Shown: positions 22,562 through 32,175 of the stretch, piece by piece
Layout: every line of letters starts with the position of its first letter
Position numbering within the stretch: position 1 is the stretch's first letter
NCBI GenBank assembly: GCA_963808235.1
Contig: CAWEEQ010000004.1
Location: forward strand, 3,776,001 to 3,840,000
DNA: 64,000 nucleotides
Direction: 5' to 3'
Origin: an uncultured delta proteobacterium
Lineage (GTDB): Bacteria > Desulfobacterota > Binatia > Binatales > Binataceae
Made by a program: the position numbers and the translations under genes
Notes under the pieces: model-generated
What the model was told of the DNA's origin: nothing
The model's database searches: none
Seen by the model: only the letters and a program-made list of their open reading frames with translations

Positions 22562-24715
22562 TCACTCGAAATCCAGCTTCACTCCTGCCAGGAATGTGAC
22601 CGGCGGCGCCTTGAAGCCGAACGCCTCCGAATAATTGCGGTCAATCGCATTTGTTACGCGCGCGAAAACTTCCTCGTTGTGCACGAAGTTGAGCGGCGCG
22701 CCGAGCGCGTACGACGCAACCACATCAACGCGATGATACGCGTCGTGGTTGGCGATGGTGCCTTCAGGCGTGATGTCGTCACGATCGCCCACGAATATGT
22801 AGTTCACGCTGGCGGTGATTCGATCGCGCGGAAGAAAACTACCGCTGCGCACGTATTGCAACAGCACCGACGCCGAATGCTTTGGCACCCGCAGCGGACG
22901 CGGCGGCGTCAAAAACGCTTTTTTGAAATTGAGCGGCGCGTCTTTGTGCGTCTCGTCGAGCACGGTCACATTGCCGCCAAACGTCAGCCCCTTGACGATC
23001 GTAACTTGCGGCACGATCTCGATCCCCTGCACGTCCACGCGCGCGGCGTTACCCGCCTCCGAGCCGAATGCGCAACTGGTTGGATTCGTTTTGCATGGCA
23101 CGGTGACGATCAAATCGTGCACGCGGCGCGAAAAGTAGGTGGCGGTAAATGACGCCATCTCGCCGAAGGTGGTCGTAAAGCCGCCGTCGTACTCGCTCGA
23201 TGTTTCGGGCTGCAGATTCGGATTGCCGAAGCCGGGAAAGTCGAGTTCGTTGAACGAGGGCGCGCGAAAGCCTTCGCTATAGCTGCCGCGCAGCGTCGTC
23301 GAGATTTTGTCGATCGGAATCGCGACCGACCACGACGGGCTTACCTCTTTGCCGAACTGGCTGTTGCCATCCACGCGAAACCCGCCGGTCGCGAGCAGAT
23401 GCCCGTCGAATAAGCTCGCCTCCTGCTCGAGGTATCCGGCGTACTCCTGGCGGCGCGCGCTGAAATTCGTGGTCGAAAGCCCGAAACCTGGAGTCACGCT
23501 CGCGCCGAAGTCGCGAACCCATCGATCCTTGAAATCAAAACCCGCCAGCGTGCGAAAGCCCTTCGCCCAGGACGACTCACTTCGCGACCAGGTGTACACC
23601 GCGTTCAGCTCGCCGCCGCGAACCTCGTCGGGAATGCGATCCACCTCGCTGCCCGCAAAGCCGGCGAACGGAACCTCGTTGATGCGAATATCGTCGCGCA
23701 CGAAGAATGCGTTCGCGGTCGCGACGAACTGATCGCTGAAATGATGTTCGATCGCGCCATTGAAGAGCATGAATTCGTGACGCTGATGCGCGGTCGGGTT
23801 GTCGACAATCGGGGGAAAGTTCGATATCGAAAAATGCGACAGGCTTACGTTGGAGCGGAAGTAGCGCGCAAACCCGCGGATGATCGTGTCGTCGGTCAGG
23901 TGATAGTCGAGTCGGACATTTCCGGCCAGATTGTCCGAGCTGTCATTGTTGTGCCGGTAGCCCTCAGTCGAGAAGTACGACAGCGCACCCGAGTAATCGA
24001 GCTTTCCTTCCGCACCGCCGAACGTTGCGACCTGCCGGTTGCTCGCGTGATTGCCGCCCTCGGAAAGTAGACTCGCTTTCGGTGCGCCCTCGCCCTCCGG
24101 CGAAATGAGCTGGACCACGCCGCCGATCGCCTGCGAACCATACAGCGATCCGCCGGCGCCGCGCAGAACCTCGACGCGGTCAAGATTGTCGGTGGTCAGG
24201 TTCGCAAAATCGAAGCTGCCGGTCGCACCCGCGTTAACCTCGACGCCATCGACCAGCACCAGCGTCTGCGATGCAGTCGCGCCGCGAATCGATACATCGG
24301 TCTCGGCACCGGGTGAGCCGGTTTGCGTAACCTGCACGCCGGGCACTTCACGCAGAACATCTTCGACCTTGTCGATTTTCTGCGCTTCGATTTGCGGGCC
24401 TTCGACCACCGTGATCGTGGTGCCGATCTCCGAGATCGGCTGCTCGATTTTGGTCGCCGTCACGACGACCGGATTGAGCTTTTGCGCCTGCTCTTTCGGT
24501 GTCGCCGGATTGCCCGATGTGCTCTTCGTGTTTGCAGACGGCGTCTGCGCGGACGGTTTTTGCGCTGCGGAGTTCTTCCCGCTCGCCGAAGGAGTAGCGG
24601 CGGCTTGCGGGGGCGTCGATGCCGACTGATCCGCGCGCGCGACCGGACCAAGCATCAGTGTGATAACGATCGTCGCCAAGATCGTCGGGATGACTCGATG
24701 AAATATTTGCCGCAT
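22562..24715 (-). CDS. btuB: TonB-dependent cobalamin receptor (BtuB-like)
   Basis: Signal peptide, VVVTAT TonB-box region, plug motif (LVLVDGV; RVEVLRG...SLYGSQAIGGV), beta-barrel; lies downstream of a cobalamin riboswitch. Confidence 0.85.
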   Translation of the reverse strand: MRQIFHRVIPTILATIVITLMLGPVARADQSASTPPQAAATPSASGKNSAAQKPSAQTPSANTKSTSGNPATPKEQAQKLNPVVVTATKIEQPISEIGTTITVVEGPQIEAQKIDKVEDVLREVPGVQVTQTGSPGAETDVSIRGATASQTLVLVDGVEVNAGATGSFDFANLTTDNLDRVEVLRGAGGSLYGSQAIGGVVQLISPEGEGAPKASLLSEGGNHASNRQVATFGGAEGKLDYSGALSYFSTEGYRHNNDSSDNLAGNVRLDYHLTDDTIIRGFARYFRSNVSLSHFSISNFPPIVDNPTAHQRHEFMLFNGAIEHHFSDQFVATANAFFVRDDIRINEVPFAGFAGSEVDRIPDEVRGGELNAVYTWSRSESSWAKGFRTLAGFDFKDRWVRDFGASVTPGFGLSTTNFSARRQEYAGYLEQEASLFDGHLLATGGFRVDGNSQFGKEVSPSWSVAIPIDKISTTLRGSYSEGFRAPSFNELDFPGFGNPNLQPETSSEYDGGFTTTFGEMASFTATYFSRRVHDLIVTVPCKTNPTSCAFGSEAGNAARVDVQGIEIVPQVTIVKGLTFGGNVTVLDETHKDAPLNFKKAFLTPPRPLRVPKHSASVLLQYVRSGSFLPRDRITASVNYIFVGDRDDITPEGTIANHDAYHRVDVVASYALGAPLNFVHNEEVFARVTNAIDRNYSEAFGFKAPPVTFLAGVKLDFE

Positions 24716-24773
24716 GAACTCCCTCCGAGTTCGTTCGGCTGCCGGCGCGCGAGCGGGAGCGATCAGGCGTTTC

Positions 24774-24815
24774 AAGAAAAAGCCCCATCCCTCGCGTATC
24801 GAAGGATCGGGCTTC
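24774..24815 (-). terminator. Intrinsic terminator in the riboswitch expression platform
   Basis: Minus strand GAAGCCCGATCCTTCG-ATACG-CGAGGGATGGGGCT followed by TTTTCTT, between the aptamer and the btuB start. Confidence 0.7.
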
Positions 24816-24865
24816 AGGAAATCCGTGCCTGAGGCCACCCTCCCCGCGGAAGGCAGACAGTTAGT

Positions 24866-25000
24866 GACCCGGCCGGTCTCCTGGCTTGGGGTTCGTCCTT
24901 GGGCCCGCCTTCCCGCCTAAGCGGTGGCATCGTGGGCCTTCGTCCCCCCACACAGTTGCGGGGCAGCGCCGGATTTCAACCGGCTTCCCGAGCACCGGGT
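24866..25000 (-). ncRNA. Cobalamin (AdoCbl) riboswitch
   Basis: Minus strand GGGAAGCCGG-TTGAAAT-CCGGCGCTGCCCCGCAACTGT ... GCCACC..GGGAAGG ... AGCCAGGAGACCGGCC (B12 box). Confidence 0.93.
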
Positions 25001-25104
25001 GCGGCCAGAACGTTACGCGGGGCACTGTGCGTAGTCAACCTCCGCTGGCGCATCGGAAAATTTTCGTCACGTCCGATGCGATCGTGTACGCTGGGATGAT
25101 TCGC

Positions 25105-25620
25105 ATGGCTCCGATCACGCTAATCACCGGCGGCGCGCGCAGCGGCAAGAGTACTCATGCGCTCAAGCTCGCGGCAGCGTATCGCCGAAAATTTTTCGTC
25201 GCGACCGCGCAGGCGCTCGATGATGAGATGACGGCGCGGATCGAGTTCCATCGCGAAACCCGTCCGTCGGAATTCCAGACCGTCGAGGAGCCGGTGCAGG
25301 TCGTGGCAGCGATGGAACGGCTCAAGGAACGCGCCGACGTCGTGGTGCTTGATTGCCTGACCCTGTGGATTTCCAACCTGATGCAGCTACACGACCAGGA
25401 TGATCCGATCCTGGCCGATGCAGACCGGCTCGCGCAAATTCTGAAGGGCTCAGCGTTCGCGAGTATCGTTGTGAGCGACGAAGTGGGATGGGGCGTCGTG
25501 CCGGACCATCCGATGGGCCGTCGCTTTCGTGACTTGCTCGGATGGACCAATCAGAAAATCGCGTCGGTGGCTGATGACGTGGTGCTGATGGTCGCCGGCT
25601 ATCCGATCAAAGTGAAGTGA
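25105..25620 (+). CDS. cobU: Adenosylcobinamide kinase / cobinamide-phosphate guanylyltransferase
   Basis: LITGGARSGKS, DDEMTARI..H, DCLTLW, EVGWGVVP...RRFRD. Confidence 0.95.
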   Translation: MAPITLITGGARSGKSTHALKLAAAYRRKFFVATAQALDDEMTARIEFHRETRPSEFQTVEEPVQVVAAMERLKERADVVVLDCLTLWISNLMQLHDQDDPILADADRLAQILKGSAFASIVVSDEVGWGVVPDHPMGRRFRDLLGWTNQKIASVADDVVLMVAGYPIKVK

Positions 25621-25629
25621 TCGTCAAGA

Positions 25630-26409
25630 TCATGACGACAGCGCAGCCAGCACCGCGACTTCCACCAGTTCGCTGCACGCGCCGATAAGATCGCCAGTCA
25701 CCCCGCCGAGCCATCGTTTGTAAAACGATCGCATCGCGATAACGACCACGGCCGCCACGATCAGTGCCTTGGCGCCGCGGAATTTTGCCGCCAGCACAAA
25801 AATGATCGGCAAGATGAAAACGAGTTTGCGCCGCGGCCAGCGTTCAGTGTTTGCAAGCAACGTCGATCCTGCTCCGTCGATGCGCAAGTAGTCGATTCGA
25901 CGCCCGACCAGGACCATCGCATAGCGCGCGAGACCGGGCGCAAGTATCAGCGCAAAGTACCGGGCCTGTCCCGCGAGTGTCGAGAGCGCGAGAATTTTGA
26001 GGATCAGATCGAAGAAAATCGCGATCGCGCCGAATGTGCCGACTCGGCTGTCGCGCAAGATCTCGAGTGCGCGCTCGCGATCTCGTCCCGCACCAAGCGC
26101 GTCCGCGGTGTCGGCCAATCCGTCAAGATGGACCGCGCCGGTGATCACGACGAGCGACAGGACGACGAGCACCGAGCGCATCACCTGGCCGAATGCATAA
26201 GACAAGATCACGTCCTCGCCGCATAACGCGAAGCCGAGCATGAATCCGACAATAGGGAACCACTCGAACGACGCCGCAACCGCATCTTCCGACGCGCGGT
26301 TATTGTCTATTACCGGGATGATGGTGAGAAAGCCGACGGCGAGCGACAGCTCGGCGAAAAATCCAGACGCAGGTGTGACGTCGATCGAGCGGTTCGCGTC
26401 GTCGCTCAT
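25630..26409 (-). CDS. cobS: Adenosylcobinamide-GDP ribazoletransferase (cobalamin synthase)
   Basis: TGAVHLDGLADTAD, RDSRVGTFG, GGVTGDLIGA; polytopic membrane protein. Confidence 0.95.
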   Translation of the reverse strand: MSDDANRSIDVTPASGFFAELSLAVGFLTIIPVIDNNRASEDAVAASFEWFPIVGFMLGFALCGEDVILSYAFGQVMRSVLVVLSLVVITGAVHLDGLADTADALGAGRDRERALEILRDSRVGTFGAIAIFFDLILKILALSTLAGQARYFALILAPGLARYAMVLVGRRIDYLRIDGAGSTLLANTERWPRRKLVFILPIIFVLAAKFRGAKALIVAAVVVIAMRSFYKRWLGGVTGDLIGACSELVEVAVLAALSS

Positions 26410-27470
26410 CGAAGCTTGCCCGTCACGCCGGCGCTCGCAAAGGTCGCCATGTTCTTGAACAGATCGAGCGCCGCTTCGATCACATTCATCGCCAGCGCAG
26501 CGCCGGATCCCTCGCCGAGTCTCAAATCGAGATCGAGTATCGGGCGCACCTTAAGATGCTCCAGCGCGAGCGCGTGGCCGCCTTCCGCCGAACGATGACT
26601 GAACAGCAGGTGTTGGCACGATCCGGGATGAATTTGTTCGGCGATTGCGGACGCAGCGGTCGCGATAAAGCCGTCGACGACCACCGGAACATTGAGCGCC
26701 GCTCCGCCAAGGCATACTCCGGCCATCGCGGCAATCTCGAAACCGCCCAGCGCCGCGAGCATCGACATGCCGTTACCGAGCGCGTCGCGATGAAGCTCGA
26801 GCGCGCGAACGACTACCTCAGTCTTGCGGCGCACGCCAACGTCGTCGAGGCCGGTGCCTCGGCCAACCATCGCGTCCGGCGCGATATGAGTGATCGCGGA
26901 GAGGATCGCGGCGGCCGATGTGCTGTTCGCGATTCCCATCTCGCCGATGCCGATCAGAGTTGTGCCGCTCCGAGCGAGATCGCGCGCCACTTCGATTCCA
27001 ACTTCGAGCGCGCGCGTCGTTTCGGCGGGCGTCATCGCGGGGCCGCGGGCGAAGTTGGCGGTGCCGGCACCGACGCGTCTATAGGTCACTCCCGCGAGTG
27101 GGGTCGCGCTGGTGTCGATCTTCACGCCGACATCGATCACCTTGAGCGCGTAGCCGAAGCGCCTCGCGAGCACGCTGATCGCGGCGCCACCAGCCGCGAT
27201 GTTGCGCAGCATCTCGGCGGTCACGGCCTGCGGATACGCGCTGACGCCTTCGTCGGCGATGCCATGATCACTGACAAACACCGCGATTGCTCCGCGGCCC
27301 ATCTGCGCCGAGCCGTCGCGGCGGATCGCGGCATAGCGGCGCACGAGTTCCTCGAGATAGCCGAGACTGCCGACCGGCTTGGTGAGCGAGTTGAGACGTT
27401 GGTCTGCGATGCGCGCGCTCTGTTTGTCGAGCGGCGCGATGGCCGCGAGCGTTTCTTTCAGGAGTGACAT
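26406..27470 (-). CDS. cobT: Nicotinate-nucleotide--dimethylbenzimidazole phosphoribosyltransferase
   Basis: LTKPVGSLGYLE, GEMGIANST, VDGFI, LRLGEGSGA. Confidence 0.95.
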   Translation of the reverse strand: MSLLKETLAAIAPLDKQSARIADQRLNSLTKPVGSLGYLEELVRRYAAIRRDGSAQMGRGAIAVFVSDHGIADEGVSAYPQAVTAEMLRNIAAGGAAISVLARRFGYALKVIDVGVKIDTSATPLAGVTYRRVGAGTANFARGPAMTPAETTRALEVGIEVARDLARSGTTLIGIGEMGIANSTSAAAILSAITHIAPDAMVGRGTGLDDVGVRRKTEVVVRALELHRDALGNGMSMLAALGGFEIAAMAGVCLGGAALNVPVVVDGFIATAASAIAEQIHPGSCQHLLFSHRSAEGGHALALEHLKVRPILDLDLRLGEGSGAALAMNVIEAALDLFKNMATFASAGVTGKLR

Positions 27471-27473
27471 GGG

Positions 27474-28253
27474 TCAACGGCGCGACGGTGGATCGTCGGG
27501 CGAGTCCTCGGGAAAGATCGCGAGCCAGATCGACGGATCCTCGATTTTTTCCTTCAGCTTATCGTCCGAGGTCCCTGCGCCGCTCCAGGTGTCGAAGTGA
27601 ATGAGCGAGCGCGGCGGTAATCGCTCCGCCCATTGCGCACTCGCGAGCACCGGCCGATCAGGAAAATCGCGCACGTAGCCGATACAAAGATATGCGACCG
27701 GGATCGCGTCATCGGGAATCCCGAAAATATCCGCGAGCGCATCGTTGCGCAGGATACTCACCCATCCGACGCCGAGACCTTCCGCGCGTGCCGCGAGCCA
27801 TAGATTTTCAACTGCGAGACAGGCCGAATAGATCTCAACGTCGCGGATGCTCGTCTTGCCGAGCACTGCCGGACCGAACCGCTCTGGGGTGCACGTCACG
27901 ATCAGATTGATCGGCGCCTCGAGGATGCCTTCGAGCTTGAGCGAGAGAAACTTCTCGCGGCGAGCGCCGGTGAACTGCGCGGCATTCTTCGCGCGCTCAG
28001 TTTCGAAGATTTCCTTGACCCGTCGACGCGCCTCGACGCTGCGCACCACGACAAAGTCCCAAGGCTGGGTGAATCCGACGCTCGCGGCATGATGCGCTGC
28101 GATGAGCACTCGGGCCAGCGCGTCGTCGGGGATCGGATCGGCGGTGAACTCGCGGATGTCGCGGCGGCGGAAGATCGCCTCGTAGAGCCCGCGCTTCAGC
28201 GCGTCAGCAAATTCATTGCGATCGCGAGGCGAGGATTTTGCCGGCGAGGTCAT
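27474..28253 (-). CDS. bluB: 5,6-dimethylbenzimidazole synthase
   Basis: RRRDIREF, SVGFTQPWDF, LKLEGILEAP, NLWLAARAEGLGVGWVS. Confidence 0.93.
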   Translation of the reverse strand: MTSPAKSSPRDRNEFADALKRGLYEAIFRRRDIREFTADPIPDDALARVLIAAHHAASVGFTQPWDFVVVRSVEARRRVKEIFETERAKNAAQFTGARREKFLSLKLEGILEAPINLIVTCTPERFGPAVLGKTSIRDVEIYSACLAVENLWLAARAEGLGVGWVSILRNDALADIFGIPDDAIPVAYLCIGYVRDFPDRPVLASAQWAERLPPRSLIHFDTWSGAGTSDDKLKEKIEDPSIWLAIFPEDSPDDPPSRR

Positions 28254-28334
28254 CGCAGAATTCAGGAGAAAAAAATGAAAGAGGAGGACGGGGGCCAACG
28301 CGGCGGCTGCGCCCGCCCTCCAAATCGTTACGGC

Positions 28335-28856
28335 CTAAGCGGCGGCCTTTTTGGCCGCTTCGAGTGCGGCTTCGTAGTTGGGCTGATTGGCGACTTCCTT
28401 GACGTATTCGACGTAGGTCACCTTGTCGTTCTTGTCGACGACGAAAACACATCGCGCTAGCAAATGCAGCTCCTTGATCAGCACGCCGTAGTTGGTGCCG
28501 AAGTCCGCGGTCTTGAAATCGCTCAGCGTCGTCACCTTGTCGACGCCGGCCGCGCCGCACCATCGCGCCTGCGCGAACGGCAGGTCCATCGAGACGCTCA
28601 GAATCTCGATGCCGCCCGGCAGCTTCGACGCCTCCTCATTGAAGCGGCGCGTTTCCGCGTCGCATACCGGTGTGTCGAGCGACGGTATCGTCGTGATGAC
28701 CTTTACCTTGCCCTTGAACTGGTCGAGCGTCGCCGGCCTCATGCTCTTGTCGGTAACGTTGAAGTTCGGTGCCTTCTGTCCGACTTTTACTTCGGAGCCA
28801 ACCAGGGTCATCGGGTTTCCCCGCATAGTAACAGCGCCTTTGCGTTCTTCCGCCAT
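28335..28856 (-). CDS. tpx: Thiol peroxidase (Tpx peroxiredoxin)
   Basis: PSLDTPVCD...RRFN and SMDLPFAQARWC motifs. Confidence 0.95.
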   Translation of the reverse strand: MAEERKGAVTMRGNPMTLVGSEVKVGQKAPNFNVTDKSMRPATLDQFKGKVKVITTIPSLDTPVCDAETRRFNEEASKLPGGIEILSVSMDLPFAQARWCGAAGVDKVTTLSDFKTADFGTNYGVLIKELHLLARCVFVVDKNDKVTYVEYVKEVANQPNYEAALEAAKKAAA

Positions 28857-28964
28857 AAGTAAAATCTCCTTGGTGATGATGAATGGAAAAAGGAATCGCG
28901 AACAAGGAGACTTTAACTCGCGCCGCGCGCGGCGGCAAACAGAGTCGCGCGTCGCTCGCTGATG

Positions 28965-29360
28965 TTAGAGCGCCTTGATTGCGAGCGCGATCACACTGCC
29001 GAGAATCAGGGTGACGTTGATCACGCCCGTCGCCATCGCTCCCGGCGCGCGTTTGGCCGCCGCGCTGAGATAGCCCGAGGCGTAGATGATCCGCGCGATC
29101 AGGAACAATGCTCCGAGCGCTACGCCGAAGTGATAGTTCACGGTTAGCGAGAAAATCCACACTGCAGGAAGGAACACAATCAGGGATTCGAGCGTGTTCT
29201 CATGGACCCGAAAATAACGCTCGAAATCCGGATTGCCGGTGGTGGCGGGCGCCTCGACTCCATACTTCACCCGCGCGCGACCGACCATGACGCCGAGTAT
29301 CGAGTACTCGAGCAGCGCGAGCACCGTAATCATCGCAAGTTCGTGGTAAGTTCCATTCAT
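28965..29360 (-). CDS. MAPEG family membrane protein
   Basis: VGRARVKYGVEAPATTG.PDFERYFRVHENTLE; four TM helices. Confidence 0.9.
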   Translation of the reverse strand: MNGTYHELAMITVLALLEYSILGVMVGRARVKYGVEAPATTGNPDFERYFRVHENTLESLIVFLPAVWIFSLTVNYHFGVALGALFLIARIIYASGYLSAAAKRAPGAMATGVINVTLILGSVIALAIKAL

Positions 29361-29456
29361 CGCCTCCACCTCCTCCCCATGGTTGTTGCCGCGTCCGCAG
29401 TTGGTATGAAGCTACTCGCGCACGACGCAAAGCGCGAGATCATATGCTCGCGCCGG

Positions 29457-30317
29457 TTAGTCGCGCCGAAACTTCTGTTGACGCTCGGCTTCGAGCGCGT
29501 CCGCTACCTCGCGGCTCGGCGGCGTCGGCATCCAGCCTTTCGTATAGTCGCGCTCTTCCCAGCTTCGATCGTTCTCGTCCCAAACGTAGGGCAGCTTTAC
29601 GATCGTGCCGGGTGACCTGATCGTCTCGAACGCGTGCATCGCGTCGATCACGATTTGGCGCTGAAGCTCGGGCTGGTCAGGCGGGCCGGTCTGATGCCCC
29701 AGTGGAAAGTTCACGAACACCGCACGCGGCGGATTGACCGCCTGCGTGATGTCGAGCGCCGAGGTCATGCAGAGAGTTGGGATTCCCGATTCTTCGACCA
29801 CTCGTGCGATCAGTCCAACGGACTGATGGCAGACGGGTCATGCGGGGACCAGGTAGAGCACGTCGGCGTGGGCGCGCTTCAGCTCACCCGCGATTTGCGG
29901 GGCGAGTTCTTCGCGGACTTTTCGCGCGGAATAGATTCCGCCCATGAAGCTGAACGCCGGATCGGCAAGCTCGCCGATCACGCCGCGCGCTTCGAGTTCA
30001 CGCATGCGCTCGAGCGGGAACACGCAATTTGGATCGCGCTGCGCGTCCGCGGTCGGATAGCCGAAGTGCCAGATACTCAAGTCGGCGCGAGTCGCACTTT
30101 TCGGGATGCGCCGATACGACGCGTCCTCGTGATGGAACCGCGGCTGATCGCGGTACATCACTCCGCCCGAACTAATCAGCGCGACCTTGCACTCAGAGAT
30201 TGGCTTTGAGAGCGGCGTGAACGGAGGCGCGCCGTCATTCTCGACCCATCGATAGGGCGTGAAGTCGCTGTAGAGATCGCGGGTTCGTGGAATATACGCG
30301 ACGGGCATCGTCGTCAT
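29457..30317 (-). CDS. PrdB/GrdB-like (proline/glycine reductase selenoprotein B family) selenoprotein, Sec at codon 160 (UGA 29838-29840)
   Basis: Two in-frame ORFs separated only by TGA. Read-through gives LYLVPA-U-PVCHQSVGLIARVVEESGIPT, a PrdB-like UxxC motif. N-half has KVALISSGG and DPNCVFPLERMREL...G. Confidence 0.88.
29805..29831 (-). promoter_or_regulatory. Bacterial SECIS-like hairpin
   Basis: TGC-C-ATCAGTCC-GTT-GGACTGAT-C-GCA. The 8-bp stem starts 10 nt after the UGA and the apical loop begins with GU. Confidence 0.75.
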
Positions 30318-30349
30318 TCTCCTTCGGAACTACACTCGCAAAGATCCTG

Positions 30350-31126
30350 TCATGCCGCGTCCGGCGGGAACATCATCTTGCCGGCCTTGAATTCACGCGT
30401 CACAAAGTCCGCGAATCCACGCCGGATTGGCCACTCCAAACGGCTGTCGCGCCAATGTACTTTGCCGTCAGGACCCTCGAACTCGCTGATAATATCATGC
30501 CCCTTCGCGAGCGCGCTTTTAAGCCGCTCGAGATCAGCCGCGACGCTGCCGACCGCGCGCGTCCGGAGCGTCCAGGCCGCGAGCCGCGGATACAGTTTCA
30601 TCGAGATTCGCATCGCGCCCGCGGACGGCACGTAGCAGATCGCCGCGAGGTCGGCCACGCTCATCGCGCCGCAGAAGAACTCGCGCTCGCCGATTTCGCG
30701 TTCGAGCCGCGCTAGCAGTTGCGAGAATTCGTCGCGTGCTGCGTCGATCATTGCGGCCGATTCGGGAGCGTCCTTGCGCGCTGTGGCGATCCAGAATCCA
30801 TAGCTGACCGCGTCGAAGGTGCGATCGCACAAATCTTCGATCATGCGCATGCGCGCGCGCTCATACGGATCTGCAGGAAACATGGCGGGATTGGGAAACG
30901 CGTCTTCGAGATACTCGCAGATGATGGTGGAATCGGCGATCGTGCGGCCGTCGTCGAGGACCAGGGTCGGAACCTCAGCTCGCGCGGAGGCGACCCGCAA
31001 ATCTTCTTTTCTGTCCAGAGAGTAGCATCGCTCGACCGGCTCGAAATCGATCTTTTTGAGCTCGAGCATCATCCGAACCTTGCGCGCGTAAGGGCTGGTG
31101 GCGAATGTGAACAGTTTCATAGGCAT
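30350..31126 (-). CDS. Glutathione S-transferase family protein
   Basis: TSPYARKVR, EVPTLVLDDG, IADSTIICEYL, MSVAD; extended C-terminus. Confidence 0.88.
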   Translation of the reverse strand: MPMKLFTFATSPYARKVRMMLELKKIDFEPVERCYSLDRKEDLRVASARAEVPTLVLDDGRTIADSTIICEYLEDAFPNPAMFPADPYERARMRMIEDLCDRTFDAVSYGFWIATARKDAPESAAMIDAARDEFSQLLARLEREIGEREFFCGAMSVADLAAICYVPSAGAMRISMKLYPRLAAWTLRTRAVGSVAADLERLKSALAKGHDIISEFEGPDGKVHWRDSRLEWPIRRGFADFVTREFKAGKMMFPPDAA

Positions 31127-31134
31127 CGGCTGGG

Positions 31135-32148
31135 TTATTTCAAACCCGGTAAAACGTCGGCGCCGAATCGATCCAGCGAGCGCCGTGCCTTCGCGGGATC
31201 GAGTCCGGGGAGCTGAGTCACTACTATAAGCTCGGTCATTGGAGTCGATTCGAGTATCTCCGCAAGGCGTGCGCTTACTTCACCGGCCGTTCCCAACACG
31301 CTGGTCTTGCGCAGCCGCTCCGGGTCGGGACGAATCAGCACCTTGCTCTGATCGGTGGTCCCGGCCGCCGCCGACAGCCATTTGCCGTATAGCTCGGCCT
31401 GGTACATGAGCGCGTCACGCGTGTCGCGCCAAGCCTGTTCTTCCGAATCCGCGACGTATACTACGCGGCTGTTCACGATACTGTAGCGGGCCGGATCTTT
31501 GCCGCGCGCCTTCAACGCCTCTATATAGATTCCAATTTCCCTTCGCCCTCCGACGCAAGCAAACCCCAGATCAAGCTCGGCGGCGCGGCGAATCGCTTCC
31601 GCAGCGCCCGCACCCCAAAGCAACTCCGGATGCGGCCGGCTTATGGGACGCGGAAGCACGCGCACGTCGCGGAACTTGAAATACTTTCCGTCGAAGCTGA
31701 ATCGCTCTCCAGTCCACGCGAGTTTCAAAATTTCGAGCGTCTCGAGCGTCCTGCCCAACCGCTGGGCGCGCGGTACCCCGAAGCCCTCGAACTCCTCGGC
31801 GCGGTAGCCGAGGCCGATCCCGAGCCGCAGCCGTCCGCCTGAAACCACATCGACGAAGGCGGCATCCTCGGCGAGCTTGAGCGGATGATGAAACGGCGCG
31901 AGCAGGACGTAGGTGCCGATAGTGACTCGCGTGGTGCGCGCCGCGATCGCCGCCGCCGCAGGCATCAGCGCCGGCAGGTATCCGTCGTCGGTGAAATGAT
32001 GCTCGGTGAGCCAGATAGAATCGAAGCCGAGCGACTCTGCGTCGGTCACCTGTGCGAGCGACGCGTCGTAGAGCTCGCGGAACGACAACTTTGAGCCGGG
32101 CGGGTTGCGGAAATCGAGCTGGTAGCCGACCTTTACCTTGCGCATCAT
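31135..32148 (-). CDS. LLM-class flavin-dependent oxidoreductase
   Basis: GFDSIWLTEHHF, HPLKLAED, SGGRLRLGIGLGYR. Confidence 0.9.
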   Translation of the reverse strand: MMRKVKVGYQLDFRNPPGSKLSFRELYDASLAQVTDAESLGFDSIWLTEHHFTDDGYLPALMPAAAAIAARTTRVTIGTYVLLAPFHHPLKLAEDAAFVDVVSGGRLRLGIGLGYRAEEFEGFGVPRAQRLGRTLETLEILKLAWTGERFSFDGKYFKFRDVRVLPRPISRPHPELLWGAGAAEAIRRAAELDLGFACVGGRREIGIYIEALKARGKDPARYSIVNSRVVYVADSEEQAWRDTRDALMYQAELYGKWLSAAAGTTDQSKVLIRPDPERLRKTSVLGTAGEVSARLAEILESTPMTELIVVTQLPGLDPAKARRSLDRFGADVLPGLK

Positions 32149-32175
32149 CTTACCTCAGCGCGGTTCGCGGCCACC

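Noticed and set aside
24716-25104. N-terminal extensions of btuB (to 24838) and cobU (from 24886) in the ORF track
   Set aside because: They overlap the riboswitch and terminator; family motifs begin at the later starts.
29457-29801. Separate 114-aa ORF starting MVEESGIPT
   Set aside because: It is the in-frame C-terminal half of the selenoprotein after the UGA.
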